NCBI GenBank assembly: GCA_001244265.2
Contig: CDLV01000016.1
Coordinates: forward strand, 992,001-1,056,000
Origin: Microbotryum violaceum
Lineage: Eukaryota
Direction of reading: 5' to 3'
DNA length: 64,000 nucleotides
Made by a program: the position numbers and the translations under genes. The notes under the pieces were generated by a model. That model made no database searches. It was given only the letters and a program-made list of their open reading frames with translations, and was not told where the DNA came from. Positions 12,124-23,573 of this stretch are shown piece after piece (the first letter of the stretch is position 1; every line of letters starts with the position of its first letter).

Positions 12124-12650
12124 TAGGGAGTGCCACATTTTCGCCAACTGTAGGCGCGGTCCGATTTAGGCAATGCGAAGTTTTCGAAGTTCGCGAAGTT
12201 GGCAGAGGCACGGGGGAAGTCGGCAGAAAGGTGGGGGAAGTCAGCCGTGGCAAGACCCGGGAAAGTTCAGCCCAATGTCCGTCTCGGAGTCTTTTCGGGC
12301 CCATTTATGCCTTTGTAATATGCTACATGACGTGATGTTTGATGGTAGAGTAACCTTTTCAATATAACTCAGTAATTTGGTCTTACACCGGAGTTCATAC
12401 ACCCCTTGGATAGGGATATTCGGTGTACAAATCGGCCTCAAAAAATGGGGTTTTCCTAGACGCACTTTCGGCTGAGCTTTCCCGAGACCTGCAGTGGCCC
12501 ACGGGAACTTTGCAAAAGTCACGTGTAGCCCACGGCGCGACATTCCCAAGAAGGCTTTCTTCAGGCCCCCATTAGCTTCTTTATTTATGCCCAACTTCCG
12601 CATTTTTCTCGGCCTTCGAACCAACAAAATGTATTTTGCCACGTCCCCAT
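12124..12650. mobile_element. Possible old, decayed foldback MITE
   Basis: CGGGAAAGTTCAGCC (~12258) pairs with GGCTGAGCTTTCCCG (~12470). Repeated GAAGT motifs lie on the left and AACTT motifs on the right. TAGGG.../...CCCCA ends. No TSD found. Confidence 0.3.
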
Positions 12651-13015
12651 AAAACTCGCTCTCAATCGTTGCTCCTTAGTATCCGATATCCGATCGCGAT
12701 GTCGTTCAGCAAAGTCGATTGAGACGATTTGACGCGTACAGCACGCCTGGGCGAGACACTTGGAATAGCACATCTCACACTTTAGGTCGACGAAGGCGCG
12801 GAGTTGTGCTGCTATCCAATGCTCATCAACCTACATGAGCCATCGATCGAGCAAGACAAGTCATCAATCGAGCACCACTGCACGAGCGCACCGACGTCAG
12901 GCTCCTGAGGTCTGCCGTCCACTGCACCGCCTTCTTGGAGCCGTCGCAGTCAACCGCCTACAGCCCCCCAAAGCATTCATGAAGATGAGCATACCGATAA
13001 AGAAGCAAGTAGCGA

Positions 13016-13075
13016 AACTTGGAATACAGGCTGAGCGCCCTGTCTGAATGTCTCGCTCAGCCTGTATTCCAAGTT
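13016..13075. repeat. Perfect 22-bp inverted repeat with a 16-nt loop
   Basis: AACTTGGAATACAGGCTGAGCG (13016-13037) / CGCTCAGCCTGTATTCCAAGTT (13054-13075). Confidence 0.95.
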
Positions 13076-13159
13076 CAGGAGTTTCGCCGATGAGAATCAG
13101 GTCGGGGCCTTGAACGTTGGTCGACCACGATCATTGGACTACACGCACGAAGTGCTGTG

Positions 13160-13432
13160 GTACTCGGGATCCCGTCGGAGTCATTGCGGACATACATAGC
13201 GGGCCGAGTTCAGGAGTCATTTCGGACATAGCGGGCCCCGTCAGGAGTCATTTCGGTTGTAGCGGGGTCGCGTCGTTTTAGCGGGGTCTGTGGTATGTAC
13301 TCGGGATTCCGTCGGAAGCAGCGGTTGTAGCGGAGTCGTTTCGGTCGAAGCGGGGTCGAGTTCCGGAGTTGTTTCGGTCGAAGCAGGGTCGAGTTCCGAA
13401 GTTCGTTTCGAGGGCCGAGTCGGGAGTCGTTT
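13160..13432. repeat. Degenerate ~30-33-bp minisatellite (GGAGTCRTTTCGG...AGCGGG)
   Basis: About seven recognisable units. The two best are 33 bp and read ETTPELDPAST on the minus strand. Confidence 0.8.
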
Positions 13433-14224
13433 CAATTTCCACTAGTCCGGGCAGGATCAAAACGCCGGTTTCGGCAGAATTCTCACCGTTTAAGCGGTCC
13501 CGGATAAACTCAGTACTTCGGTGACTCGAGGCTTGACTGTCAGCGAAGAATCATGTGGCAGAATTTGAATGGAAGACCGGGCCGGATGGGCGGATGAAGG
13601 GGTGAAGGGGAATGAAAGGTGCGCAGCGGTTTGAATGGTCGGAACGTTTGAGGGGAGTTTGCTTCTTGTTTTTAGCGAGACCACTTCTAGGATCCAATCC
13701 AGCATCTTAGCTGGTTCTCAATTTCTGCGTGTTTCAAGTCTCGTTCGGCTCGTCTCCAGTCTCCAGTCTCAGCCTTTCGTTCTCGTACTCGGTTTCGTTT
13801 CTCGGTTTGGGCCCCTTTCCCTGTCCCTGTCTCTCGGCCGTTCCGGTCGCTCTCTCTCGTCTCCTTCGTCTTCGGTCTCAGTCCCGTCTTTTCCCTTATC
13901 ATTCCATATCATCTTTGATCGACCGCTTTGCTATACCATAGTACAGGTCAATGGTAACAGCTCGAACACTAAGAAATTATCTTTGTGATCTCCGTTGCTA
14001 TGCTGACATTCATCGTCACAACATCTGCCATGAAATAGAGCCGTTCGGGAAAAGGTACTCTACTACTACCGTGAGGAGTCGCCCGACCGTTAGTGCGTTC
14101 GCCGTACTCCCATTTCGTGTACATCAAAAAAAATCTCGCACTGCAGATCATGATGAAAAACGCCTTGGCACAGAATATGGCGATTTGCGAGCTTTAAAGC
14201 GCTGACCGTGACACCGACAGAGGA

Positions 14225-14490
14225 CATAGCAACCCACCCCCTCCCCCTGAAATGGGACGATCCCGGGATCGGGTTCCGATTTGAAATCTCGCATCCAATT
14301 TGAAATGCATTTCAAATCGCTCCGCCGATTTCAAATGCGTTTTTTCGAATCGCGGCGCGCGATCCCACAGCGATTTGAAACACATTCGGAATCGATGCGT
14401 CGATTTCAAATGTATTTCAAATCGGATGAGGGATTTCAAATCGGGTTTCGATCCCGGGGTCCCCTTTCAGGGGGGGTTGTTGTTGCTATG
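14225..14490. mobile_element. Foldback MITE, probably CACTA/EnSpm (CMC)-derived, 266 bp
   Basis: Termini CATAGCAAC...GTTGCTATG with a flanking 2-bp GA duplication. Long imperfect TIRs (CCCCCTGAAA..CCCGGGATCG). The interior is filled with GATTTGAAAT/ATTTCAAATC subterminal repeats. Confidence 0.75.
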
Positions 14491-15153
14491 GACTTGCCAA
14501 TTAGTTATGGTTGACCGCTCCCTTCCGAGTCGCCACACGGGCACCAGCCGTTCGGAACGAAGATGCGTTAAAGGTGTTAAGGCATGATGGCAGATTGTGG
14601 GACACTCTGACTGGGGGATTGACTGGGGAAAAGGATTTCACTGTCCCACAATCTGTCTTCTCATGTCGGGCAATCGCTTGGTGCTCAATTCTTAGGGCTC
14701 AAGCTGGCAGTGACCGGTTTCGCCTATGTGAAACCTTACGTAAGTTAGGTCTGTTTTGAACAAAGCCTTCACCATACCATTTTTATTGTGGAAAGTAGCA
14801 TGGCAGGGACTGGCAAAGTTTTGGGTGGCAAGTTGGCTTTCGTTGGAGGAGGTCGGCGGGGAGGGAGCGCGTGCAACGCCAGGAATCCGATTTCGAATCA
14901 GCGACTGCGACTACGGCGATGCCAGATTAAAGCCCCCCCCACTTGCCAGCGCTGATATCGCACTACATTGTATCTAAAGCCAGGGTGCCAAGGCATGATC
15001 TCGCTTCCGCAACTATGAGAAATCATGAGCCTGAGTGGCCGGGAGTACGATGAACTGCCTAGGGCTTTTCTCACATTTCTGGAACGGTGAAGCACCACAT
15101 GAACCCCAAATGTAGTACGAACCGAGTTTCACACAAGGACATCTATTGCCACC

Positions 15154-16512
15154 CTAATCATCATCCCTATCCTTGCTCGAGACCCTATCGTAGTTATTAC
15201 CCCCCTTCATCAAGATCGGACTCGAGACCATCCTTCCTCCACCACCACCACTGCCTGCCCCAAGAATGGATTGCATTGCCGTAGTTAAACTCAAGTGCTT
15301 CGAATGTAATTTCTTCCCCGTCCCCGTACCCGTCCCTACTCCCGCACCGAACGATTTCGTATGTGAATGCGATTGAGGTGTCTTAGATGAAGGGCTGGAA
15401 AAGACGCTCATCTCATGTTGTTCGTCCGAAAGTTTCGTAATCGAATTCGGGCTAGACGTTCTCCTTGATGGTTCGGCAGGGTTCGGCGACAAATTATTCC
15501 TCAATAAGGGTGTCGTCGCTGAGTCCGTTGAACCCTTCCCGTTAGATCCTCCATTGACGTTGTTGTTACCTAATCTTGCTCCTCCTCCTCCTCCATTCAT
15601 ATTCACATCAGGTGACGCGGAACCGTTCGAACCGTTTTCGTCGAAAGAAAAACCTTCCTTCATTTCCCTCCGAACGCACATCTGTTCGGCAAGAACGATT
15701 TGAACGACGCTGGAACCGATGAGAATGAAGTAGAAGAAGAAGGAGGTAGGGAATTGGGACGAGTAGTAAGTTGTGAGGATGAGATGATTGAAGAGGAGCG
15801 TGAGGGACGAGTCGAGGATGTGGGTTGGTCGTCGGACAAAATGATACAGGTAGAAGACGCTGTGCAGTGAGAGAAAGTCAAACCGGAACTCAGCACGAGC
15901 TTGGTCAACAAGAAACAAGTCGATGCAACTGACTCGATCATAGCGGTGATGCACCAAGCGAACGCGACGACCCAACCCCTGAACTGATCATACTCGAGTA
16001 CCCTAACGAGACCTTCCGTAATTTCCTTGACACCGACATGCACCGCTTTTCCATCGCCTTTCGCGATCAAGGCCTTTAGTCCCCATGCACCAAAAGTTGA
16101 AACGGCCTGAAAGACATCGAGTCCGACCAGTCCAGCGGGGAGAGATCTCCGAGTGGTCAGTGAGGTCGTGGGGCGGCCGATGAACTCTCGCCAATCCATG
16201 ACAACCGAGACGGAGGAAGGACCCCCCTCGTATCCAAGTAGTGAGGATGACGCGAATCTCGAGAGCAAAGGAGGGAGCAGGAGAGCCAAGGTGAGGTAGT
16301 GCAGCGTCTGGAGCGTAACGATCTGGGCGGGGCGCAGAAGAGGTGTTCAGCGTCATTCTTCGTCGGATCGTCTTTGCAAGAGAATACAAGTAACTCACCT
16401 GAGCAATGATCAAGAGAGGATCCCATCCCTGTACCCTAAAGTGCGGCGGTGCGATGTGAAAGGTCGGGAGGCGCGTCCCAGCGGGCAGGGTCAACCTCGC
16501 CGCGGGGGCCAT
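15154..16512 (-). CDS. SYS1: Sys1-family Golgi integral membrane protein with a long disordered C-terminal tail (3 exons)
   Basis: WDPLLIIAQ|IVTLQTLHYL..YEGG..VMDWRE..YLYHFVRRPTHILD..EQMCVRREM. Introns ~16323-16398 and 15860-15933. Confidence 0.85.
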
Positions 16513-16786
16513 CCTTCACCTCACGTGTGGGCGATCTCGACGGGACTTTGGGGGAGAGTTAACGGCTCTGATTACGTGACAGGAGACGATGTCAACTTGA
16601 CCGACACGCGAACTCGCAGCGACTGGCTCGGTCCAAGACCGGAGTTGAGCGAGCGAGGTCGATCACGTGGGCCACGCACGCCAAGCCACGGAACCGACTG
16701 CACGGCGTGGTCCAGGCTGGGGGTGGATGGGCACAGTACAGGCGCGGGAACGTACAGTGAGCGTAGTTATGACTGATGCATACACG

Positions 16787-17619
16787 ATGGTTGAATGTGC
16801 GCCTCGTGAGCTGAGCACAAGAACGTCGTACGAGACCAAGCGAGGTGAGCCAGGCACTGCAGTGATCACCCAGTGTCGTACGGGCCAGCACCGACGACGA
16901 CACAGGCCGAACAAAGTGAGCTGAGGCGTTCTGGTGAGTAGCCCTGCACCCGAGGAAAAGCCGATGACCTGCCCGAAGCTGCGGCGTTGTCGGAGCACAC
17001 GCGAGCGGCGAAGGGTGATCGGAGGGAGCGAAAGGAGCGAAAGGAGCGAAAGGAGACCTCTGCTCGAAGCAGCCGCGGCGAGAGCGACTCGCTGGCGTTG
17101 GCTCGGCCGAGAGCTGCGGGCAGCAGTGCCACGCCCCGACTCGAACGCGCGATCCAATCAGATTTTGCCGCCGTTGATGCAACTGATCGTGATTTCTATT
17201 CAGCGGGGTGGCCTCTAAATGAGAGCATCCACACCAAATGTACTTTCCCCATTTCCAGCTCGTTCAATACTTCTAGAGAGTCAAGACTCGAGTCTGAGAT
17301 CGATCGACCGGATTGTCAGATGACACTGCAAGGTCGCATAAGGGTACAAACAAGGATTCTTCCGAGTCGACCTTCAAGATATCGAGAGAGACGCAAAGGA
17401 GGGCTTCAAGGTTGGTGGGTGTCCAATTTGGGGCAAGAACCTGCAAACACCTATCGGGTGGGCTTCCCCTTGGTGGTGAAAGACTTGATCCCGTTCTCCT
17501 GCAGTGGCACTGGCACTGGCGGTCCCCGACAACTCGGGCCCCTGAATTCTCTTCAACAGCCCCGCGCCGCTTTGTTACAAACTGTGCATACGAGCCTGGT
17601 TTTTTTGTCAGGAGATTGA
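16787..17619 (+). CDS. Possible orphan spliced gene, unknown function
   Basis: Two GT-AG introns (16806-16873, 16916-16978) join an ATG in frame to the 210-aa ORF, which contains an (RKE)3 repeat. No recognisable domain. Confidence 0.3.
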
Positions 17620-18784
17620 GAAAGACGTTGCAAGAGACTCTCAGACCCGCGGGGTTATATTCCGTCAGCGATGCGTACTAGGTGGCAGCCATCTCGAGTT
17701 CTCGCAGGTCGGGTCCGGTGAACCCCGACGTGACTTTGTGGGGGGTCAGGTCGACGCCGTCGAACGTGCTGACGAGCCCCACTGGCAGCGAAAGCGAGCA
17801 GAGACACATTTATATAGGGTCCAGAGAGAGCACCTTGAGACTAGCATCATGAGGAGTTCTTCCTCACTCTCATACAGAAAAGCACCGATGTTAAGGAGTG
17901 AGCGAGCCGAACGTGGAAGTGTAAGAGTCGATTACGAAAAAAATCGCAAAGGAGCTTGGAACACCCACAGCCTAGAGCAGAAACGAACCCCGAGTTGCTG
18001 GTTTTGCCATCATGTTACTGGTTTATGCTGATCAGCTGAAGACTGTGCGAGTTAAATCATGCGTTTACGATGAAATGAGTACTCACCCGAGTCGTGGCGG
18101 GGCCGTTAAACGGCACCTGTTGGATGTCCAAAGTGCTGAAGCGTCTTGAAGTTTCGCCGCAAAAGCAGTGAGTTGATGTGTCCAGAAGCCTCAAGATGAG
18201 CGAAATGTTGAGGAGAAGAAGCATAGCTCGGGCCGAGGTGTTCTCGATTAAAAGGCGGTAACGACTCCCCGGGATGCAGTGGCCCGGGTTCGGCGAGCGA
18301 GGACCGGGGGAGTCCCGGACGGGGTGGTGGGTTTTTCTCTCGAGAAGCGCGACACGAGTTTTCATGAGACGAGGCACATTACTTCACTTTGATCCGAGGT
18401 GATCGGTTAGCAGACAGTGTTCGGTGATAAATTGGCGATGTACAGGACAATATGTGTGAAAACGCGTGGTGAAGAATCGATACCCCGACAAATTAAAGGG
18501 CACGTGTACAGACCTCCTTTCAACCCAGTGGTCGGCTCAGAGAGCCCTGCGCGCCCACCCTGTCGAGACTGGCGCCCGATATGACGTCGGTGGGGGAAGG
18601 AAAAGGGCACTAGCAATTCGCGCGATTATCATTATAAGTGCGCGCTGGAAGTGCTCTCTGCGAAGCGATCGCCTCCACCCACCGTAACGCGTGACCCGCG
18701 CTCCAGCTCTGTCTACTCACCGCATCGAGCTCATCCATCCAGTCACATCAACGAAGCGTTGAATTCGGACCTGTTTCATTGAGC

Positions 18785-19467
18785 ATGGCCACCCCTTCAA
18801 CCTCCTCTGTTCCGCTTGCTGCGCCTTCGTTACCTCTACCGACCGAGCTCGAACAGTTGCTCCTCTCTCAATCGCAACTGCAGTACAACCTCGCATCGTT
18901 ACAGCAACTTGCCACGAGATTAAGCGAGTTATCCCAAGCTAGGAAAGAAGGTAACGAGAGGATGGATATCGCTGTCGACCTCGGGATGGGGTATACGATT
19001 CAAGGGGCCGTGTGAGTGCTGTCAAGGAATCAGTCGGATTGGCGAAGAGCCGAATACTGACGAAAGTACATACTGGTCGATCGCGTAGACCAAATACGGA
19101 CAAGATTATCGTCGCAAGTGGGGTGCAGGATCTTTGGGTGCAGCTTCGGGTCGACGAGGCCGAGAAGTTCGTTGCGAAAAGGCACGAGATCTTGCAAAAG
19201 TGAGCCCGGAGCTCGTGCGGAATAGTTCCGTCCACGTGGGAGATATGCTGAGACTATTGCATACCTCTCAGACGATCAGAGTCGCTAAACAAGGAGGTTG
19301 ATAAGCTGAGGCAAGAATATGCGCTCGTAAGTGGGGAAAGGCCAGATTTCCTGGCTTGACCGATCGGAGCTCGAGAGTTAATGCAGGTGTCCTCCCCATT
19401 CATTCAGGTCGCCGAGACCCTTCGAAGAGCTTTAGCACCACCCAGTACCGAGGTAGACGATGCCTGA
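18785..19467 (+). CDS. Alpha-type prefoldin-like protein (UXT-like), 4 exons
   Basis: Coiled coil, then VDLGMGYTIQGAV|PNTDKIIVASGVQDLWVQLRVDEAEKFVAKR, then coiled coil. All introns preserve the frame. Confidence 0.7.
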
Positions 19468-19860
19468 AGCAAGATATGATGATGCCACCTTTGCGCGAAA
19501 TGTCGGTGGATCGGAGTCGGTCATTGTCTCGGACCTTAGTCGCCATAGAGCCTACCTAGCTTAGCCGACCCCACCAAGCTTTCACGATACTTGTTGTAAT
19601 TGATAACCTCTTTAAGAAACGCCAAGTTGAGTCGACCCATCAAGCCGAACCCAGTCGCAGATACCAAGAGTGCAGGGGCCAGGTCTTCTCACCGAGTCTC
19701 CATCGGTTGCAAGCGCGCATTTAGGGAAATCGTACTTGATTTCAACACAGGATGCGAGTGGACCGAGTCGAACCATCGATGGGGGTTCGTCTAGACCAAG
19801 GACGAAAAGGGAATAACACGAAAAGAACGGAAACAAGAGGGCCGAGTGCTGGTATCGTAT

Positions 19861-21057
19861 TTAAAGCTTGGCTTGAGCGCTCTGTGGGTACACGTAGAGA
19901 AGGTGGATAAGGCATCAGTTGTTGTAATTGAGAGGCAAAGTGGGTGGTGCGACGAGCTGACCTTGAGAACGGTGTCGAGCTTGGTCGCGAGCATGATGTT
20001 TCCCTTGACCTTCAGTTTACCGGACATGAATGCCTTTTGACCGTTCAACTTGCCGTCGGCGAGCTAGGGAGATTTCAGAACGGATTCATTTGGGATTAGT
20101 ATTGCGTCAAATCTTGAGATTAGAGTTGAGGCGCGCGCGCGGCAGATCGCCGTGTGAGGTGGGTTGAGGGGGCTCGGGCTTACCTGCTGGAAGGTGTCGT
20201 TGTCGAGCGAGATGGTGACGTCGGCCTTGGGCTTGGCGTTGCCCTGGTAAACGGTGCCCTCCTGTGATGGGTTTTACGAGAGTGGACGAGAGATGAAGAA
20301 AAGATTGGGGCAAACAAGAGGTCAGCTCCTGGAACGATCGGAGTCGCCGGATCGACGAGCGTAGAGTGGAAGGCGATAGGTGGATCATAGCTTCGAGTAC
20401 ATGACAGAGATAGCATAGACATTTGTTGAAACGTGTGGTCAAGGTACAGCAGATTACCCCAAGTGCCGCCTGCTGCCTCCCCGCCCGGCGGTCGTCGATG
20501 TACGGAAGTCGGACTCGAACACCGGCCGGCGATCGGCGTTTCACGGCGAACAAGCAGCGGGAGCCGACCACGAGACCTGACCGACACCCACACAAACCGA
20601 AGAGGACCGCGACGTACCTTCTTGAGGTCAATGGTGTAAATACCTTCCTTCGAGCCCTTCTTGACCCTCATCTCAAAGATGCCGTTGACCTTCTTGATGT
20701 TTTCCTTCTTCTCCTTGTCCGACATCTACAAACGAGAGGGAGGGACTCAGCTGTCTGCCTCTACAATCTTCTGAGGCGTCCCGGGGAAGATTAAAGAGGT
20801 AAAAAAGGCTACTTACGCCCTTGAGTCCTTCGGAAATGGCATCGAACAACTGTAGACAATAAGAGAGTGGAAGGTATGCGAAGTGCGGAGGTGTCAGCTC
20901 GCTCCGGCCTTTTCATGATCCGGCCCAAGCGGCGACTCTGCCGACTCTGGCGATGTCATTGCTCGACCACCGACAACGACGACACGACAGCGTTCACAAT
21001 GCACGAGGGGGTGCAACGTACAGCGGTGGCGGGAATATCCTTATCAGCGATCGACAT
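19861..21057 (-). CDS. SCP2: Sterol carrier protein 2 / peroxisomal lipid-binding protein (6 exons)
   Basis: [31 protein letters not shown]..|[30 protein letters not shown]. The C-terminal AKL is a PTS1. Confidence 0.92.
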
Positions 21058-22631
21058 GATGGACAGAAAGTGTGAGGGAAAGTGGGTGCGAAAGAGGTGC
21101 GGGTGATGAGAGACTTGAAGGCGGGTTTGGGGTGGGGTAGAAGCGAGAGAGGACCTGGCCAAATTGCGAGCTGTGGAGCACCAGGCCAGGCTCGGCCTGG
21201 CTCGGCAGCGGCGAGCAAGGCTCATCTCCAGCGTGAAGACCGGCCGTTGGCGCGCCTTATTAGCGCCTTAGAGACTCAGAGCTAACCCGAAAATTCGGCG
21301 CGAAATGCTTCTTTGGCGCACTTGTAATCCGAATTCACGGAGCGTCGAGTTGCACGATTGCCTAATGAAAGCGCACGCCGCCTCGCACGATGGAAACGAA
21401 GCCTAACCTCAGATCGCCGATGACCGAAGGTGGCCTTGCTCGCCCGCCGGCCGCCCACCAGCTTCGGCCGTTCGCAGACGTTGGCACAAGGTTAGGGGCT
21501 TCATCGCTTTGGCCGCCTTCTTCATGCGGAGATGTTAGTCACGGGTCACTGGTGGCACTTGGCTCTGGCGATGAGTTCACGCGGTACCTATTAGTAGCAC
21601 GAAGCGCTCACGATTTCGTCCAGCTGATGCCACTTAATAAAAAATTGATAAGACTCGGTGCCGACCTGCTGACAAGTGTCCACTGGTAGCAAGGAGGCCT
21701 TCCACCGTTCGGGAGTATTGGTCGGTGCCTTTTCGGGTTAAGCTGGTGTCCCCTTGCTACAAAACGGCATAGTATGTTGACTGCAGTGAGATAAGGATCG
21801 GCGAAACTGGGGAGAACGTCACCTGACTCGGGCGTGTGTTTGGTTTCATTCTGAGCGGCGCCGGCCGTCTCCGGACGATCCTGACTCATTTCGCTGGGTC
21901 GATGCGTTGCAAGAACCGAGACCGGCGCTCAGCGTGCGACGAGAATCAGAGTACATGTCTACTAATATGAAGCGTCAGGAGTTAAAAGATGGTGCGGTTC
22001 GGCATTGCACGAGGTCACGATATCACCCGGTTAAGCCAGGTAAGACCTCAGCGCAAGTCAGCTGGCAGTCATGGTCACGATTCGAAGAGTTCATGATCGC
22101 CCGCGTCCCAACCTTCCCACTGCAACAAACAGTGCCGCGAGTATGCCGGCAACATGGTTCAAGGTACAGTGAGTGCAGTCGCTATCACTGTAGCCTCCTC
22201 GTTTTCAAACTTAAGTTTGTTTCATCTGGAACGGGCAGACCGACTTCAAGCATCTCTGCCAGCCTACAAATCTTTACTGGGCCTATTTCACAACTTGCGT
22301 CAAAAGGGTACGATTTGAGAACGTAGAAAAAGCTTGCAGCGCATCTCCAGACCGGCGCTCAACTTGACTCACCAGGGTCTTGATGCCACTTCTTGATCGG
22401 TGCAGGTATTCCGACCAACGATGTCACTAAAGAACTGGCCATCTTAGGCTGTCCAGAGGAAAAACACGCAATCTATAAGCACGAGTGCCCTCGCTGCAAG
22501 GCCTTGCATTTGTCCCAAAGTTCATGTAAGTACAGACAATCATAATGCCTTCAGTGTTGGAGAGGGAAGATGTTGAAGATTACGCCGATTTTTCAACGTT
22601 TGGTAGTTTGCTCCCACCACTCAAAGTAGCA

Positions 22632-23573
22632 CTGGTTTCCTTCGATCTCATGGTTGCGTAATTGTCGTCGGTTGAGGTAACCCGAGTCGGCGAAGCTCTG
22701 CTCGTTTCGCTCCTGCTCAATGAAGGGTTCGGACTCATCTTGCAATCAATGAAGTAACTCTTTTCGAGGCTGATGCGAGAGAGGAAGAAGATGCGCCGCT
22801 CGGGCCTCACATCCTCCTTCCCAAATCCAATTTGATTTAGTTTTCTTCAGTACAGTCGGCTCTGCCTTTGCCTTTCGACTGGGGCACGAGTTCGCGTCGT
22901 TCCGTGTCGAGATGCCACGTTCAACGTCGCGGGCATCGCCGCGGCTGTTCTCGTTCGCCGCTCTCCTTGACTTCGTATGAGATTTGGAGCATGTTGCGTT
23001 CGTGTCGCACGCGTTGCTGGTTTCCTTCGATCTCATGGTCGCGTAGTTGTCTTCGGTTGAGGTGACCCGAGTCGGCGAAGCTCTGCTCGTTTCGCTCCTG
23101 CTCAATGAAGGGTTCAGACTCATCTGGCATTTAATGAAGTCACTCTTTTCGAGGCTGTTGTGAGAGAGGAAGAAGATGCAGCCGCGGCAAAACCAAACGG
23201 GGCCGCGACCGTCTGACCAGATCGGAGTGTGAACCCTTTCGAAATTGAACATGAACGATAACCCCCGCAGAGCTCGCCGACTCGGGTCACGTCAACCGAA
23301 GACAACTAAGCGACCATGAGATCGAACGAAACCAGCAACGCGTGCGACACGAACGCAGCATGCTCCAAATCTTAGACGAAGTCAAGGAGCTGAGAGCGAA
23401 CGAGAACAGCCGCGGCGATGCTCGCGACAACGTGGCATCTCGACACGGAACGACGCGAACTCGTGCCCAGGTCGAAAGGCAAAGGCAGGAGCCGACCGTA
23501 CTGAAGAGAATCAAAACAAATTGGATGGAAGGGAAGGAGTATGTGAGGCCGGGGGGGGGGGGGGGGGGGGGGG
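22632..23573. repeat. Compound repeat: ~168-bp direct repeat plus ~285-bp inverted repeat, ending in a poly-G tract
   Basis: Direct: 22632-22799 vs 23017-23186. Inverted: ~22801-23087 vs ~23266-23551. G run 23551-23573. Confidence 0.92.

Noticed and set aside
20262..20617. TPP riboswitch or C/D snoRNA in the long introns
   Set aside because: No CUGAGA plus CUGAU..UAAU..CAGCG aptamer core, and no RUGAUGA/CUGA box pair seen.
21390..22560. Scattered splice-like signals and short ORFs on the minus strand
   Set aside because: I could not assemble a stop-free spliced model.
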